Part shown: piece after piece, positions 20,414 through 29,547 of the stretch | Numbering within the stretch: the stretch's first letter is position 1 | Layout of the letters: each line of letters opens with the position of its first letter | From: a virus | Taxonomy: Duplodnaviria > Caudoviricetes | DNA: 61,073 nucleotides | IMG/VR virus record: IMGVR_UViG_3300022747_000019 | Span: 1 to 61,073 of that record | Direction: 5' to 3' (one strand) | Notes under the pieces: model-generated | Told to the model about the DNA's origin: nothing | Seen by the model: only the letters and a program-made list of their open reading frames with translations | Databases searched by the model: none | Position numbers and translations under genes: made by a program

Positions 20414-20746
20414 TTGAAAATGACTGCAAAAACCGTAAACTACACCGCCGAACAAACCACTAAAATGGTGTCCGATTATGCGGCTGGCGTAACCCCTGAA
20501 ACTATCGCGCAAGAATTGGGCAAATCGGTGCGCTCGATTGTCGCTAAACTTTCACGCGAGGGCGTTTATAAGAAAAAAGAATATAAAACCAAAACGGGCG
20601 CTCCCGTTGTGAAAAAAGACGCGCACGCCGATGCAATTGGCGCGATTCTGAAAATGACCGAGGCCGAGACTGAAAGCCTTACAAAAGCGAATAAAACCGC
20701 TTTGGAAAAGATTTTCCAAGCCTTGGCGAATTCTCGCCCACTGTAA
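20414..20746 (+). CDS. T5 A2-like protein, paralog 2
   Basis: Clear paralog of 16605..16928. Confidence 0.7.
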   Translation: MKMTAKTVNYTAEQTTKMVSDYAAGVTPETIAQELGKSVRSIVAKLSREGVYKKKEYKTKTGAPVVKKDAHADAIGAILKMTEAETESLTKANKTALEKIFQALANSRPL

Positions 20747-20801
20747 GCCGAAAGGCTTACAAAAGCCCCACAAAATGTGGGGCTTTTTTCGTCTCAAAAT
20801 G

Positions 20802-20890
20802 AATACTTTTGTTTTCAGAATAATTTGAAAACAAAAGTATTACTTTTTGCTGCGCCAAAATTATACCATAATTTTGCGGCGCGTGTCAAG
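20802..20890 (-). repeat. Palindrome plus consensus minus-strand promoter unit, copy 3
   Basis: Same palindrome and TTGACA..TATAAT (minus) as copy 2. Confidence 0.8.
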
Positions 20891-20984
20891 AACTTTTTTG
20901 TAGGTGTTTTCCCCTATGTTGTTTTTATGCAACCTGGCACGATTCTTGCGCCACGCCCGTAATTATTAATTCATAATTATGGAA

Positions 20985-21150
20985 CCAAATGTGAATGATT
21001 CTCATTCGCTATTGACTAACGGGTCAGTAGACGTAAGCGCGCTGCGCCAGTGCAAAAGTGGCAAGCCTAAATTTTTGAGCGTGCGCTGCGCCAGTGCGCG
21101 ATCAAGTGCAAAATCTAGCATGTCATCCGCGATTAATAGTGCGCAAGTGA
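20985..21150. other. Candidate injection-stop-signal-like repeat region
   Basis: 15-bp direct repeat GCGCTGCGCCAGTGC (21039, 21083), AGTGC repeats and a GAATGATTCTCATTC near-palindrome at the end of the pre-early block. Confidence 0.45.
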
Positions 21151-21391
21151 ATTTTTTCTCACTTGGCAAAGTTTTTGAAAAGTTTTATAATTTCTTTATG
21201 AAATCGAGAAAGGGACTGAGATGACAGACAGCGAATTTTTCCAACAAATTCAGGAAGACTGGTTCAATGAATTTGCTTGTGACGAACGTGATAAAATTTT
21301 CATCGCTACCATCGTACAAGACGAAAATTTTGAATTTGACGATGTTCCCCTTTGAGAGTATAATAGAATCTTAGACAGCGCAGAAACCAAT

Positions 21392-21718
21392 TTGAAAGGA
21401 CATATGATGACTGCAACCAAAACCGTAAACTACACCGCCGAGATGACCGCCGAGATCGTGGAGGCCTACAAAGCTGGTGAAGCAGTGGAAACTATCGCCA
21501 CTCGCATGAACCGTACCACTCGCTCGATCGTGGCTAAGCTGGCGCGTGAAGGCGTGTACAAAGCTAAGACCAAAGCTAAGGGTGAGCACGCTCCCCGTAA
21601 AGCTGAGCTGATTACCGAAATTGCTCACAGCATCGGTACTAACGAAGAACTGATCGAGTCGCTTGAGAAAGCTACCCGTGAAGCTCTGGAGCTGATTGCC
21701 AAGGCTGTTCGTGCCTGA
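21392..21718 (+). CDS. T5 A2-like protein, paralog 3
   Basis: VNYTAEMT...RSIVAKLAREGVYK...SLEKA. Confidence 0.7.
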   Translation: MKGHMMTATKTVNYTAEMTAEIVEAYKAGEAVETIATRMNRTTRSIVAKLAREGVYKAKTKAKGEHAPRKAELITEIAHSIGTNEELIESLEKATREALELIAKAVRA

Positions 21719-22209
21719 TGCAATTGAGGGTCAGAAAATTTATACTTGATGACCCTCACTTTTCTTGATATAATATATACTTATAAAACGAAATAACAGC
21801 CGAGACGGCCGGCCACGCTAACAATTATTATCTTGATTATGCCAGCCGTCTCGTGTTATAATACTATATAGATTACGCGATTTGTTAAATAATTAACTAG
21901 TCTGAATTCTGGGTGACAGCGGTCGGCATTAGATAGCCAAACGTCTTAATTGTGGGAAAACAGTATATACCGAGCCACAGCCCTTAGCAACCATAATAAA
22001 TTACTTAAACTGTGCTAGCCAGGTCTGACTTGCTACACTATCGAAATGGGGCCACTAGTAGGTACTCTGCAGAAGTACGCGAAAGGGTATATGTTCGAAT
22101 TTAGCAAGCAGTTTGTTAAGTAATTTATTATGGGTGTTATGAGGTCTGCATTTATTGCAGAGTAGCAACTTAATGGCTGAGGAATTCTCTAGCAGCCGCC
22201 CAATCTAAT

Positions 22210-22285
22210 GTCGCGTTGGACTTCTGGTGAGGTCAGTACCCTTTCAAGGTACCCAGGCAGGGTTCGAATCCCGCACGCGATACCA
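22210..22285 (+). tRNA. tRNA-Glu(TTC), isolated from the main cluster
   Basis: GTCGCGT/ACGCGAT acceptor, GTACC-CTTTCAA-GGTAC anticodon arm, TTCGAAT, CCA. Confidence 0.85.
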
Positions 22286-22286
22286 A

Positions 22287-22388
22287 ATCCACTGACGAGT
22301 AGCCTGCAATGGCACGAAACTCTCAACCTTCGTAGTAGGTGTGCGTGATTCTCCCAAGTCACCGCCTGCCGCAGTTGAGGGTCTGGAT
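22287..22388 (+). ncRNA. Type I hammerhead ribozyme
   Basis: Stem I ATCCA/TGGAT, CTGACGA core, stem II GTAGCC..GGCAC, GAAA, stem III CTCTCAAC/GTTGAGGG, GTC cleavage triplet at 22381-22383. Confidence 0.85.
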
Positions 22389-22797
22389 GAAACCGAACCC
22401 GGTCATAGACTGGTCTCAAAGTAGTAATTCAAGGGAGCCGACCCTATACCCCTTGCAGGGCTCCGCTATGAGTCGAACCATTAAACTAGAACCCGACCCT
22501 AAACTGTAGCGAGGTCGATAAATACAAGCACAGTCGGAGTAGCCGTGATCACCTGGAAGGTAGTATGTAAGCTTCGGCTGTGTACATCCAGTTAGTGCAG
22601 GCGTTTAGAGCGTAGCACATTTGCGTTGAGGAACGATAAACCTACCAAGTCTCCCCTTACCATGAAAACAGTTAGCCGATTAACCATCAGGCTCAGATGA
22701 GTAGTTTAGGGTCAATGCAGTCAGCGGATTGGTCATCCCCGTAAGTCGTTGTGTGAGCACCCGCAAAAACACAGTGCTGTTGCAACAGCCAATGTTC

Positions 22798-22837
22798 AAA
22801 GCCCCACACGGTCGCTCCGTGGTGGGGCTTTGTTTTG
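22798..22837 (+). terminator. Intrinsic terminator ending the RNA locus
   Basis: AAAGCCCCAC...GTGGGGCTTT hairpin followed by GTTTTG. Confidence 0.65.
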
Positions 22838-22925
22838 CCCCAAAATACCAACCCGCAAAATTTTGTGCGTCTTGCGCCCATTATACAGTGCCTAACCTAC
22901 ATTTGTCAAGTGAATTTTCTGCACA

Positions 22926-23015
22926 CTGACCCTAAACCGCATAAATTATAGCAAGTCCACGCATCTGACCCTAAATTGTAGCAAACCAGAGCAAATTTGT
23001 GCGGTTTAGGGTCAG
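22926..23015. repeat. 22-bp inverted repeat containing GACCCTAAA motifs
   Basis: CTGACCCTAAACCGCATAAATT / AATTTGTGCGGTTTAGGGTCAG with one mismatch; a third GACCCTAAA lies in the spacer. Confidence 0.8.
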
Positions 23016-23077
23016 GACGAAAAAAAGCCCACTTAAATCAAATTAAGTGGGCTTTTGTGCATTTAAGTGCAATTAAG

Positions 23078-23404
23078 TCAAATTTTCTGCAATTTAGGGT
23101 CAGATTTAGCCACCAAATTGCGTTCGATCATGATTAGGACCTGTTTATTTACTTTTTCGAGCGATTCTAGCAATTCTAGGTTACAATCGAGCAATTCTGC
23201 AATCCGTTCGATGTGGGTGCTCTTTTTTGTTGGCACCTCACCGCGTTTGTTGAGGTATTGCTTTTTTTGGTAGACGCCGAGGCTGCTAAGCTTAGCAATA
23301 ATGCTACGTTCTGGCACCTCGAACTGCTGGGCTAGCTCAGATACGGTCACACCGGCCTGATAGTCTTCAATCAACTGCTTGGTAGATTCATTAGTGTATT
23401 TCAT
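23078..23404 (-). CDS. T5 A2-like protein, paralog 4 (divergent)
   Basis: KYTNEST...RSIIAKLSSLGVYQKK...SLEKVNK. Confidence 0.65.
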   Translation of the reverse strand: MKYTNESTKQLIEDYQAGVTVSELAQQFEVPERSIIAKLSSLGVYQKKQYLNKRGEVPTKKSTHIERIAELLDCNLELLESLEKVNKQVLIMIERNLVAKSDPKLQKI

Positions 23405-23416
23405 GTTCTTGACTCC

Positions 23417-24433
23417 TTACCATGGCAGCTCTGGATTGAAATTAGAGCCCCTAAAGGGCTTACTAACTGCAATAGGCATGACTGGTTGATGCATGAAAAT
23501 ATCTCTGGCGACCAAAGGCTCTGGAATATTGTCCCAATTGTTAGGGTCTAGAATCGTGTACTCATTACGATTACTTGGGTGTGCTGCCCAGGTTTGTAAT
23601 ACCATAAATTTAGCGAGCTTAGGCAAGTGTCCAATTGCTGTATCGCCAAGGTGATTCAATTTAGTACAAGTAGCAGGGTTGTTAGGGATACCAGCTCGTG
23701 AGCCTGTTTTATCTGTGATTGCAGTGTTGCGTAGTGCTAGTAGATCGCTGTGAGGAATATCAGGGACTGTAACACCAACAAGTTTACTCAGTTCAGGGTC
23801 AAGTAGAGTTTCTAATCCTAAAATGCTCCACTCAGAATACTTGATACCTTGAAATTTCTTAAATCCAGCTAGAATAATTGGTACTAGTGGGTTGATGACA
23901 GACTTATATTGTTGATTACCCTTAGGTGCATCTTTGAAGAAGTTTTGGCGAGCACTAGTAGCCAAGAGTCCCGACCCTAAGGCAAAGTAATCTTCACGCA
24001 AGCGTGTATTTGCATCCCATGTAGCGTGTGCATCGTACAAGCCATGTTCGTTCTTGACAGCCTTCCATGTACCAAAATAAGCTAACATCTGGTGTGGAAG
24101 CCAGGTTAGCTTTTGTGGAATCATATTTTTAAGTGCCCAAGCTTCTACAACTGCAGCTTTTGCTTCCAACTTACATTGCTGGATTATAGTGTCACTGAGC
24201 TGAATTTGATCTGGATCGAAACTACCCATTGATTCTATAACGGATTCTTCAACACCGTCACTGCCACCTTCTCCATAGGACTGGAGCTGATCTACTAATC
24301 GCTGTTTAGTGAGCTCATACTTGCGTTCTGCAGCTCGTCTAGCCATATCTAGGCGTTCTGAGCGTAGTTGCAAGTAAAATTGCTGAAAGTCTCTTGCGAG
24401 ACCTGGAAAATCTAATAGTTTAATATCGTTCAT
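23417..24433 (-). CDS. Conserved T5-like hypothetical protein
   Basis: 338 aa; VPIILAGFK...YSEW and RNEYTILDPNNWDNIPE recall a T5 early hypothetical (from memory). Confidence 0.55.
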   Translation of the reverse strand: MNDIKLLDFPGLARDFQQFYLQLRSERLDMARRAAERKYELTKQRLVDQLQSYGEGGSDGVEESVIESMGSFDPDQIQLSDTIIQQCKLEAKAAVVEAWALKNMIPQKLTWLPHQMLAYFGTWKAVKNEHGLYDAHATWDANTRLREDYFALGSGLLATSARQNFFKDAPKGNQQYKSVINPLVPIILAGFKKFQGIKYSEWSILGLETLLDPELSKLVGVTVPDIPHSDLLALRNTAITDKTGSRAGIPNNPATCTKLNHLGDTAIGHLPKLAKFMVLQTWAAHPSNRNEYTILDPNNWDNIPEPLVARDIFMHQPVMPIAVSKPFRGSNFNPELPW

Positions 24434-24835
24434 TGTTAAAAAGAAAGAATGACCCTAAGTTGGATCAGTTGAGGGTCTAGGATTTTTGCCCTAGAGTGGG
24501 GGAGTGGCAGAGGGTGGGACGATTTGCTTTAAAATCCCAATTATCAAACCACAATAAAGTTTTTAATATATAAAAGACGTAATTGCCCTAAATTGGGTAA
24601 ATTTTGAGGGCAGGAGAGTTAGTTTGATTAGATTGCGTAATCGTGAAAGATTGAAAAGATCATATGTGACTATTTCAACTTTCCCGTCGCTACTAATACT
24701 AACTCCTGCCCTAGTATCTTATCTTCTTAAGTTACTATAATTATAGCACATTCGATAACAAAAAAGCAAGCGTATTTTTTATATTCGTGATAATTTGTGT
24801 TTTTTCGTTAATCTGGTTGTAGATTTGTATGAATG

Positions 24836-25099
24836 TTACAGCTTAGGGTCGACTAAGATTTTGAATTTGTCGATGATGTTTTGATCAGATTTCTTTAGAT
24901 CTATGAAGTTCGTGTACTCTAGTGCCGCAAGTAGGGCAAGAAAATCTTCAACCTCTCCGATGAATTCTTGCTTGTTGGTCTCTTTTCTCTCTGGGTGATG
25001 ATTATCTGGCCCAAATCTGCGGATTTTGGAGACAGCTTGAATAATCTCAGCGGATTCTTCCTGAAGTTTGTCTAGGTAATATTGGATTTTGTCGTTCAT
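24836..25099 (-). CDS. MazG-like nucleotide pyrophosphohydrolase
   Basis: LQEESAEIIQAVSK...GEVED pattern. Confidence 0.6.
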   Translation of the reverse strand: MNDKIQYYLDKLQEESAEIIQAVSKIRRFGPDNHHPERKETNKQEFIGEVEDFLALLAALEYTNFIDLKKSDQNIIDKFKILVDPKL

Positions 25100-25575
25100 T
25101 TGCTTCCTTGTTCAGTCCAGCGTTTGTCGCAATCTGGGCAGTAAAAATCTGTTGAGAAGTTGGTATGTGAGTCGTAGTGCTCGTTACGCTTATGCGTTTT
25201 CTTGACTGCTGGGTGTGTGCACTTTTGTTGTAGTTCTGTTTCTAGCTCATTAAGTCGATCACGGTGCGTTTTAATGTCTTGTGCTTCGTCACGAATTTTA
25301 CGACGTTTAAGTACTAGTCGGGCAATTTCTTCTTGCTCGGCTTGTGGCAGGTTAAAAAATTCTTCGATGTTCATGGCAGGGTTCATTTTGTTTTTTGCGG
25401 TTTCTTGGCCCAATAGTTGTTCTAGACCCTCAATTGCTAAAGCTCGGGCATTATGTGCACTGCGGCCGGTTGCGGTGTACTCTAGTCCAGTGGGAATGTG
25501 TCGGGCTGTTATAACAGGCTTGTTTTTAATCCAGCTTGAGTATGCTAGCGTAATTTGTATGTCTGCTGGGTTCAT
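25096..25575 (-). CDS. Protein with degenerate release-factor-like N-terminus and C-terminal Cys/His Zn motif
   Basis: ITARHIPTGLEYTATGRSAHNARALA resembles RF domain 3 without GGQ; CTH...CPDC. Confidence 0.45.
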   Translation of the reverse strand: MNPADIQITLAYSSWIKNKPVITARHIPTGLEYTATGRSAHNARALAIEGLEQLLGQETAKNKMNPAMNIEEFFNLPQAEQEEIARLVLKRRKIRDEAQDIKTHRDRLNELETELQQKCTHPAVKKTHKRNEHYDSHTNFSTDFYCPDCDKRWTEQGSK

Positions 25576-25774
25576 ATATACTCTACCTCTATCGGAATTT
25601 CTTTCCAGGTACCGTTGCCAAAGTGATCAAAAGCTTCCCAGTACTGGAGTCGTTTATGAGTGTTGTCAGCTTCTAGCTCTGCTTTAGCTTGCATAAGGGG
25701 CATTTGCCACTTAGTTGCATACTCTCTGACTTGTTCAGCTGTGGTACGTTTTTTGATTATAAGCCAACGTAGTT

Positions 25775-26098
25775 TCATTTGCCAGTCCTCAACGGGTGGT
25801 ATATTGGGAGTTTAAGTCGGCCACAAGCTGGAGTGCGACATACATGTCCCTTAGTGCAGTTGGGGCAAGGGTCTTCTGGTTTGACCTTATTTTTTAGCAT
25901 ATCCTCTTTGTGTGCTTCTTTAGCTCGCTTGGTTCCTAAATCGTAGCCAATTTCCCAAGCTTCGTGACATTCGCTAGTCTCAAGATATGGGTTCTCAACT
26001 TGGCGTAGCTGCTGGCCTTTGCCGTATCCGGCTTCGTAGGCGTCGCAGATCATGAAGACTTTTGAGACCATGCTGTAATCCTCCAAGCAACATACCAC
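25775..26098 (-). CDS. Rmf-like small protein
   Basis: AYEAGYGKG...NPY...AWEIGY pattern. Confidence 0.4.
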   Translation of the reverse strand: MVCCLEDYSMVSKVFMICDAYEAGYGKGQQLRQVENPYLETSECHEAWEIGYDLGTKRAKEAHKEDMLKNKVKPEDPCPNCTKGHVCRTPACGRLKLPIYHPLRTGK

Positions 26099-28935
26099 AG
26101 ATCAACCCTAGCAAACCACTGGCCGCTATTTTTGCCAAAGCCAATACGCAGCATACGATTATCTTTTGTTAGTGTAAGTTTAAGTAATTTCATCCTCGTT
26201 CCTTTAGAATAGCGTCTTCATATCCTGCATCGTAGCCATCTTGAAAGCCTTCTTGGTAGCAAAGCTTGGCAAACGCTTCTATTAGCGCAATCTGTTTAGT
26301 ATTTGTTAGGTACTCTGCACTAATGCCTACATCTGACATATACTTTTTAATTAATTCTTGCTTCATTGGTCGACTCCAAAATGTTGTTTAATCTTATCTA
26401 CAATTTGTTGGCTTTGCTGTATTCTTGCCCGGTTCCAGACCTCATCCTGAAGGTTATACACTTCCATTTCCTCCACCTGTTTCTTCTGCCCATCTGCAAT
26501 ATTCATACATTCTTTCACAATCAACTCGGAGAACTTTTCAGCAAACTTTGTGACTTGTTCAGGTGTTAGGGTTGTCCAAGTTTCTGGCACAGCTTGGTCT
26601 AGTGCCTGTGCAAATAATTTATTGGTTTGTGGGTTCATGTTATTTCTCTTTCTTATAGAATATTATAACACAAAACAAAAGGGGCAAGCAACTCCGAAAT
26701 AATCGGCGTTACTTGCCCCAATGGTATTATATATCCCATTCACGATCTGCGTGTTGAATTGATGTGCGAATATCTTTAGTTTGGATGTAATCTTCTAGGA
26801 ACGAGCCTAACCATTCAGCATCCAAGTGATTGTCTTTAGCCCATTTAATTGAGACTAAGAGTGCGTTGAGATCTTCAAAATGCTGGTTGTATTCATCTAA
26901 GCGATGTTTAAGGCTATCATTCAATTTTAAACTCCCGTTTGATCTGATATCGAATTACTTTTAGTGCATCGTACGTCCATTCACATGCTAGTTCGCCTGA
27001 GCTGGAGTTGCCTACCGGAATCTTATAAGTTTCAATGTGGTCAATGCATCTCTGTGCTACAGCTTGAGCTACAAGTTCTAGGTATTTAGTATCATCAAAG
27101 TGTAGGCTAAACTTATCTCCTAGCGGAGTAGGAATCCAAGCCTTTTCACGTAGTGCTTTCAGTTGTTGTATCATTTTTATTATTCTGCCAATATGTAAAG
27201 CGTCCCTTTACTAGCACTTTCTTTAGTCTTGAATTACTTTTGCCACCACTGAGGTAATAGTGAGCTTTAGTTACTTGTGTATAGTTAATCATCTACAAGC
27301 TCCAGGAACTTGTATAGTGTTATTTGTGTGGGATCGTAATCTACACCGTTAATGTTAAAGTGCATAGACTTCATACCCATATCACATTCCCACATCCACC
27401 ACATCAACCAATCAAATAGTTCTTCGCCAATGAGTTCAGCAACTAGATTGGTATAAGCACCCTCAATTGGTTCAGCTAGGCCAAAGATCGAATTGTCTGA
27501 CCCTAAACTAGAGAAAGCTTTACTAACCATTTCTTCCCCTGCACGCTGAGTAATCATAGCCATGCAGTAATCGTATGCAATTTTATGTGTTTGTTTCATG
27601 ATATAAGAGGTCTGATATTGTCTAAGTATGCCTTACCTTTGCTATAGGCGTGTGAGAGATGGTGTCCGTGTGAGCCCATGTATTTGACCATTTCTTCGAC
27701 TACACAGAACGCCTCTTTCATTATTTGTATCTCATTTTCACGTCTTCGGCACGTTGGTCCACATCCTTCAGATGAGCATCCAGAGCAGCCTTGTCCTTTG
27801 GATCGTTGCTCTTCTTCCAGGTCTCCCATAATTTGAATGCTTCGCTGGAGTGTGCTAGATTGTGCTGCTTGTACTGTACGGTTTTCATATGGTTTATCCT
27901 TAAAAATGTCCCATTTGTTCTGGGCAATTAACTCCTCTTTAGTCGGCATCTTTTTCTACCTCGTACCAGAATGAGTAACTATCTGGCTCGTCATCGAAGT
28001 CTTTCTCCATTCGTGCATGTTTGTCGCAATATGGATGATCTCCTGCAAATTGTGTAGATCTAACCCACTCTGCTGGCTTGTCGCATTCAATACATTTCAT
28101 TTGAACTCCCAGTGATTACGTACTTGATCTACTACACGGCCAATAATGCCATGCACTCGGTCTTGATCGTAAGTTGTGTAAATAATATCTTTGCAATTAG
28201 TGGCCAAGATAGCTAGAATGGTCTCGCCAACTACTTCTCGTGCGTATAGTTCAACCAGCGCAGCTTGCTCCTGGCTAACCCCAACATATTCTATAATACT
28301 ATTAATTCGTGTATTCATTAGTATCTTTCGTTAATCCAGTCTGCAATCTTGCAAGACCAAGTACCGATTTGCCAACCAGCAATACATGACATAATGCCAC
28401 TAGCAAGATTAACACCGAACAGTGCATCACGGTTTACCAAGAAAGCCAGCATAAGAATCAATACGCTAGCATGTACAAATAGTTTTTTCATTTCAGATCC
28501 ACCACAGTTGCATGAACACACTTCCAGCCGTTAGTATACGTTTGCACATATACACCTTCAACCTTATTGCATAGTTGCTCTCGGGCGTTATGCACGCCAC
28601 TTACGTAGCAAACCCAGCAGAACAGAGCGAGTAGACCAGCACCGCAAATCCAACCCACATAATCAAAAATTTTGTCAGACATAGTTTTTCCTTTTTCAAT
28701 CTTATATTATATTCCAAAAAGCAAAAGCCCTCAAGTGCATAAACACTGAGGGCTTAAAATTTGTTGCATAAAAACAACATTTAGGGCTTTGTGGTCGGGA
28801 ATGGCCAGTTAGCATTAATATCTTCTTTAGGCTGTTCCTGAACCGGTTCCTGATAAGGAGGAATAGGAGCAGAACCTACAACTACTAGAAGATAGCCAAT
28901 AATTGCAATTACTGCGAGGATTGAGATAAAAACGA

Positions 28936-29547
28936 TTAGTCCCATAGTGTTTGAAAATACTTTCCGAACATATTAAATGCATGCTGTTTGCGTTTATTAT
29001 GAGCGTCTAGGCCAGCATGGTCAACCTTGAGCAGCTTAATAGATTCGTTGAGATCCTCAACTTTATTAGATTCAGTATGATCGTAGAACTTGCCAGTTTC
29101 ATCGTCACTTTTGTGTTGGCTGAAGGCCCAAATAAGTTCATCAAGGAACCATTCGTAACGCTTCTCAGCAAGAGAGTCCCAACCGTAGTCGTCTTTCTTG
29201 ATTCCGAAGGTGCTACGCAGATACTCTGGAACATCTTCATCGTCAATAATGCCAAAGCCGTGCTTATGGGCCTTGAGGTTTACCAGTAGAGGTGCGATGA
29301 TAACTGCTAGAGTGTGGTCAACGTTCCAGTGGTCGTAGTAGTCAATCTTGACATACTCTTGACGCTTCTTGAAACTGTGAATCCACTGGCAGAAATCATT
29401 GACCCAAGTCTTGCTAAGCCATTCACCGAAAGCATAAGAGCGATCTGCCCAAATAGATTCTTCGTACTTATCTACCCAGAAGAAAATCTTCTCAGCGATT
29501 TGATAAGGGCCAATCCAGCTAGTGTAGGGGCCGAGTTTAACTTTCAT
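28936..29547 (-). CDS. Hypothetical phage protein
   Basis: 203 aa ORF coupled to its neighbours in the minus-strand early block. Confidence 0.7.
   Translation of the reverse strand: MKVKLGPYTSWIGPYQIAEKIFFWVDKYEESIWADRSYAFGEWLSKTWVNDFCQWIHSFKKRQEYVKIDYYDHWNVDHTLAVIIAPLLVNLKAHKHGFGIIDDEDVPEYLRSTFGIKKDDYGWDSLAEKRYEWFLDELIWAFSQHKSDDETGKFYDHTESNKVEDLNESIKLLKVDHAGLDAHNKRKQHAFNMFGKYFQTLWD

Noticed and set aside
17491-20890. CRISPR array interpretation of the repeated units
   Set aside because: Units are more than 1 kb apart with genes between them; no repeat-spacer periodicity and no cas genes.
22189-22929. Short ORFs 22189..22419, 22693..22881 and 22729..22929
   Set aside because: They overlap the tRNA, ribozyme or terminator, lack an RBS and look non-coding.
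22495-24850. TTAGGG telomere-like repeats
   Set aside because: Never tandem; TTAGGG is just part of the dispersed TTAGGGTC motif.
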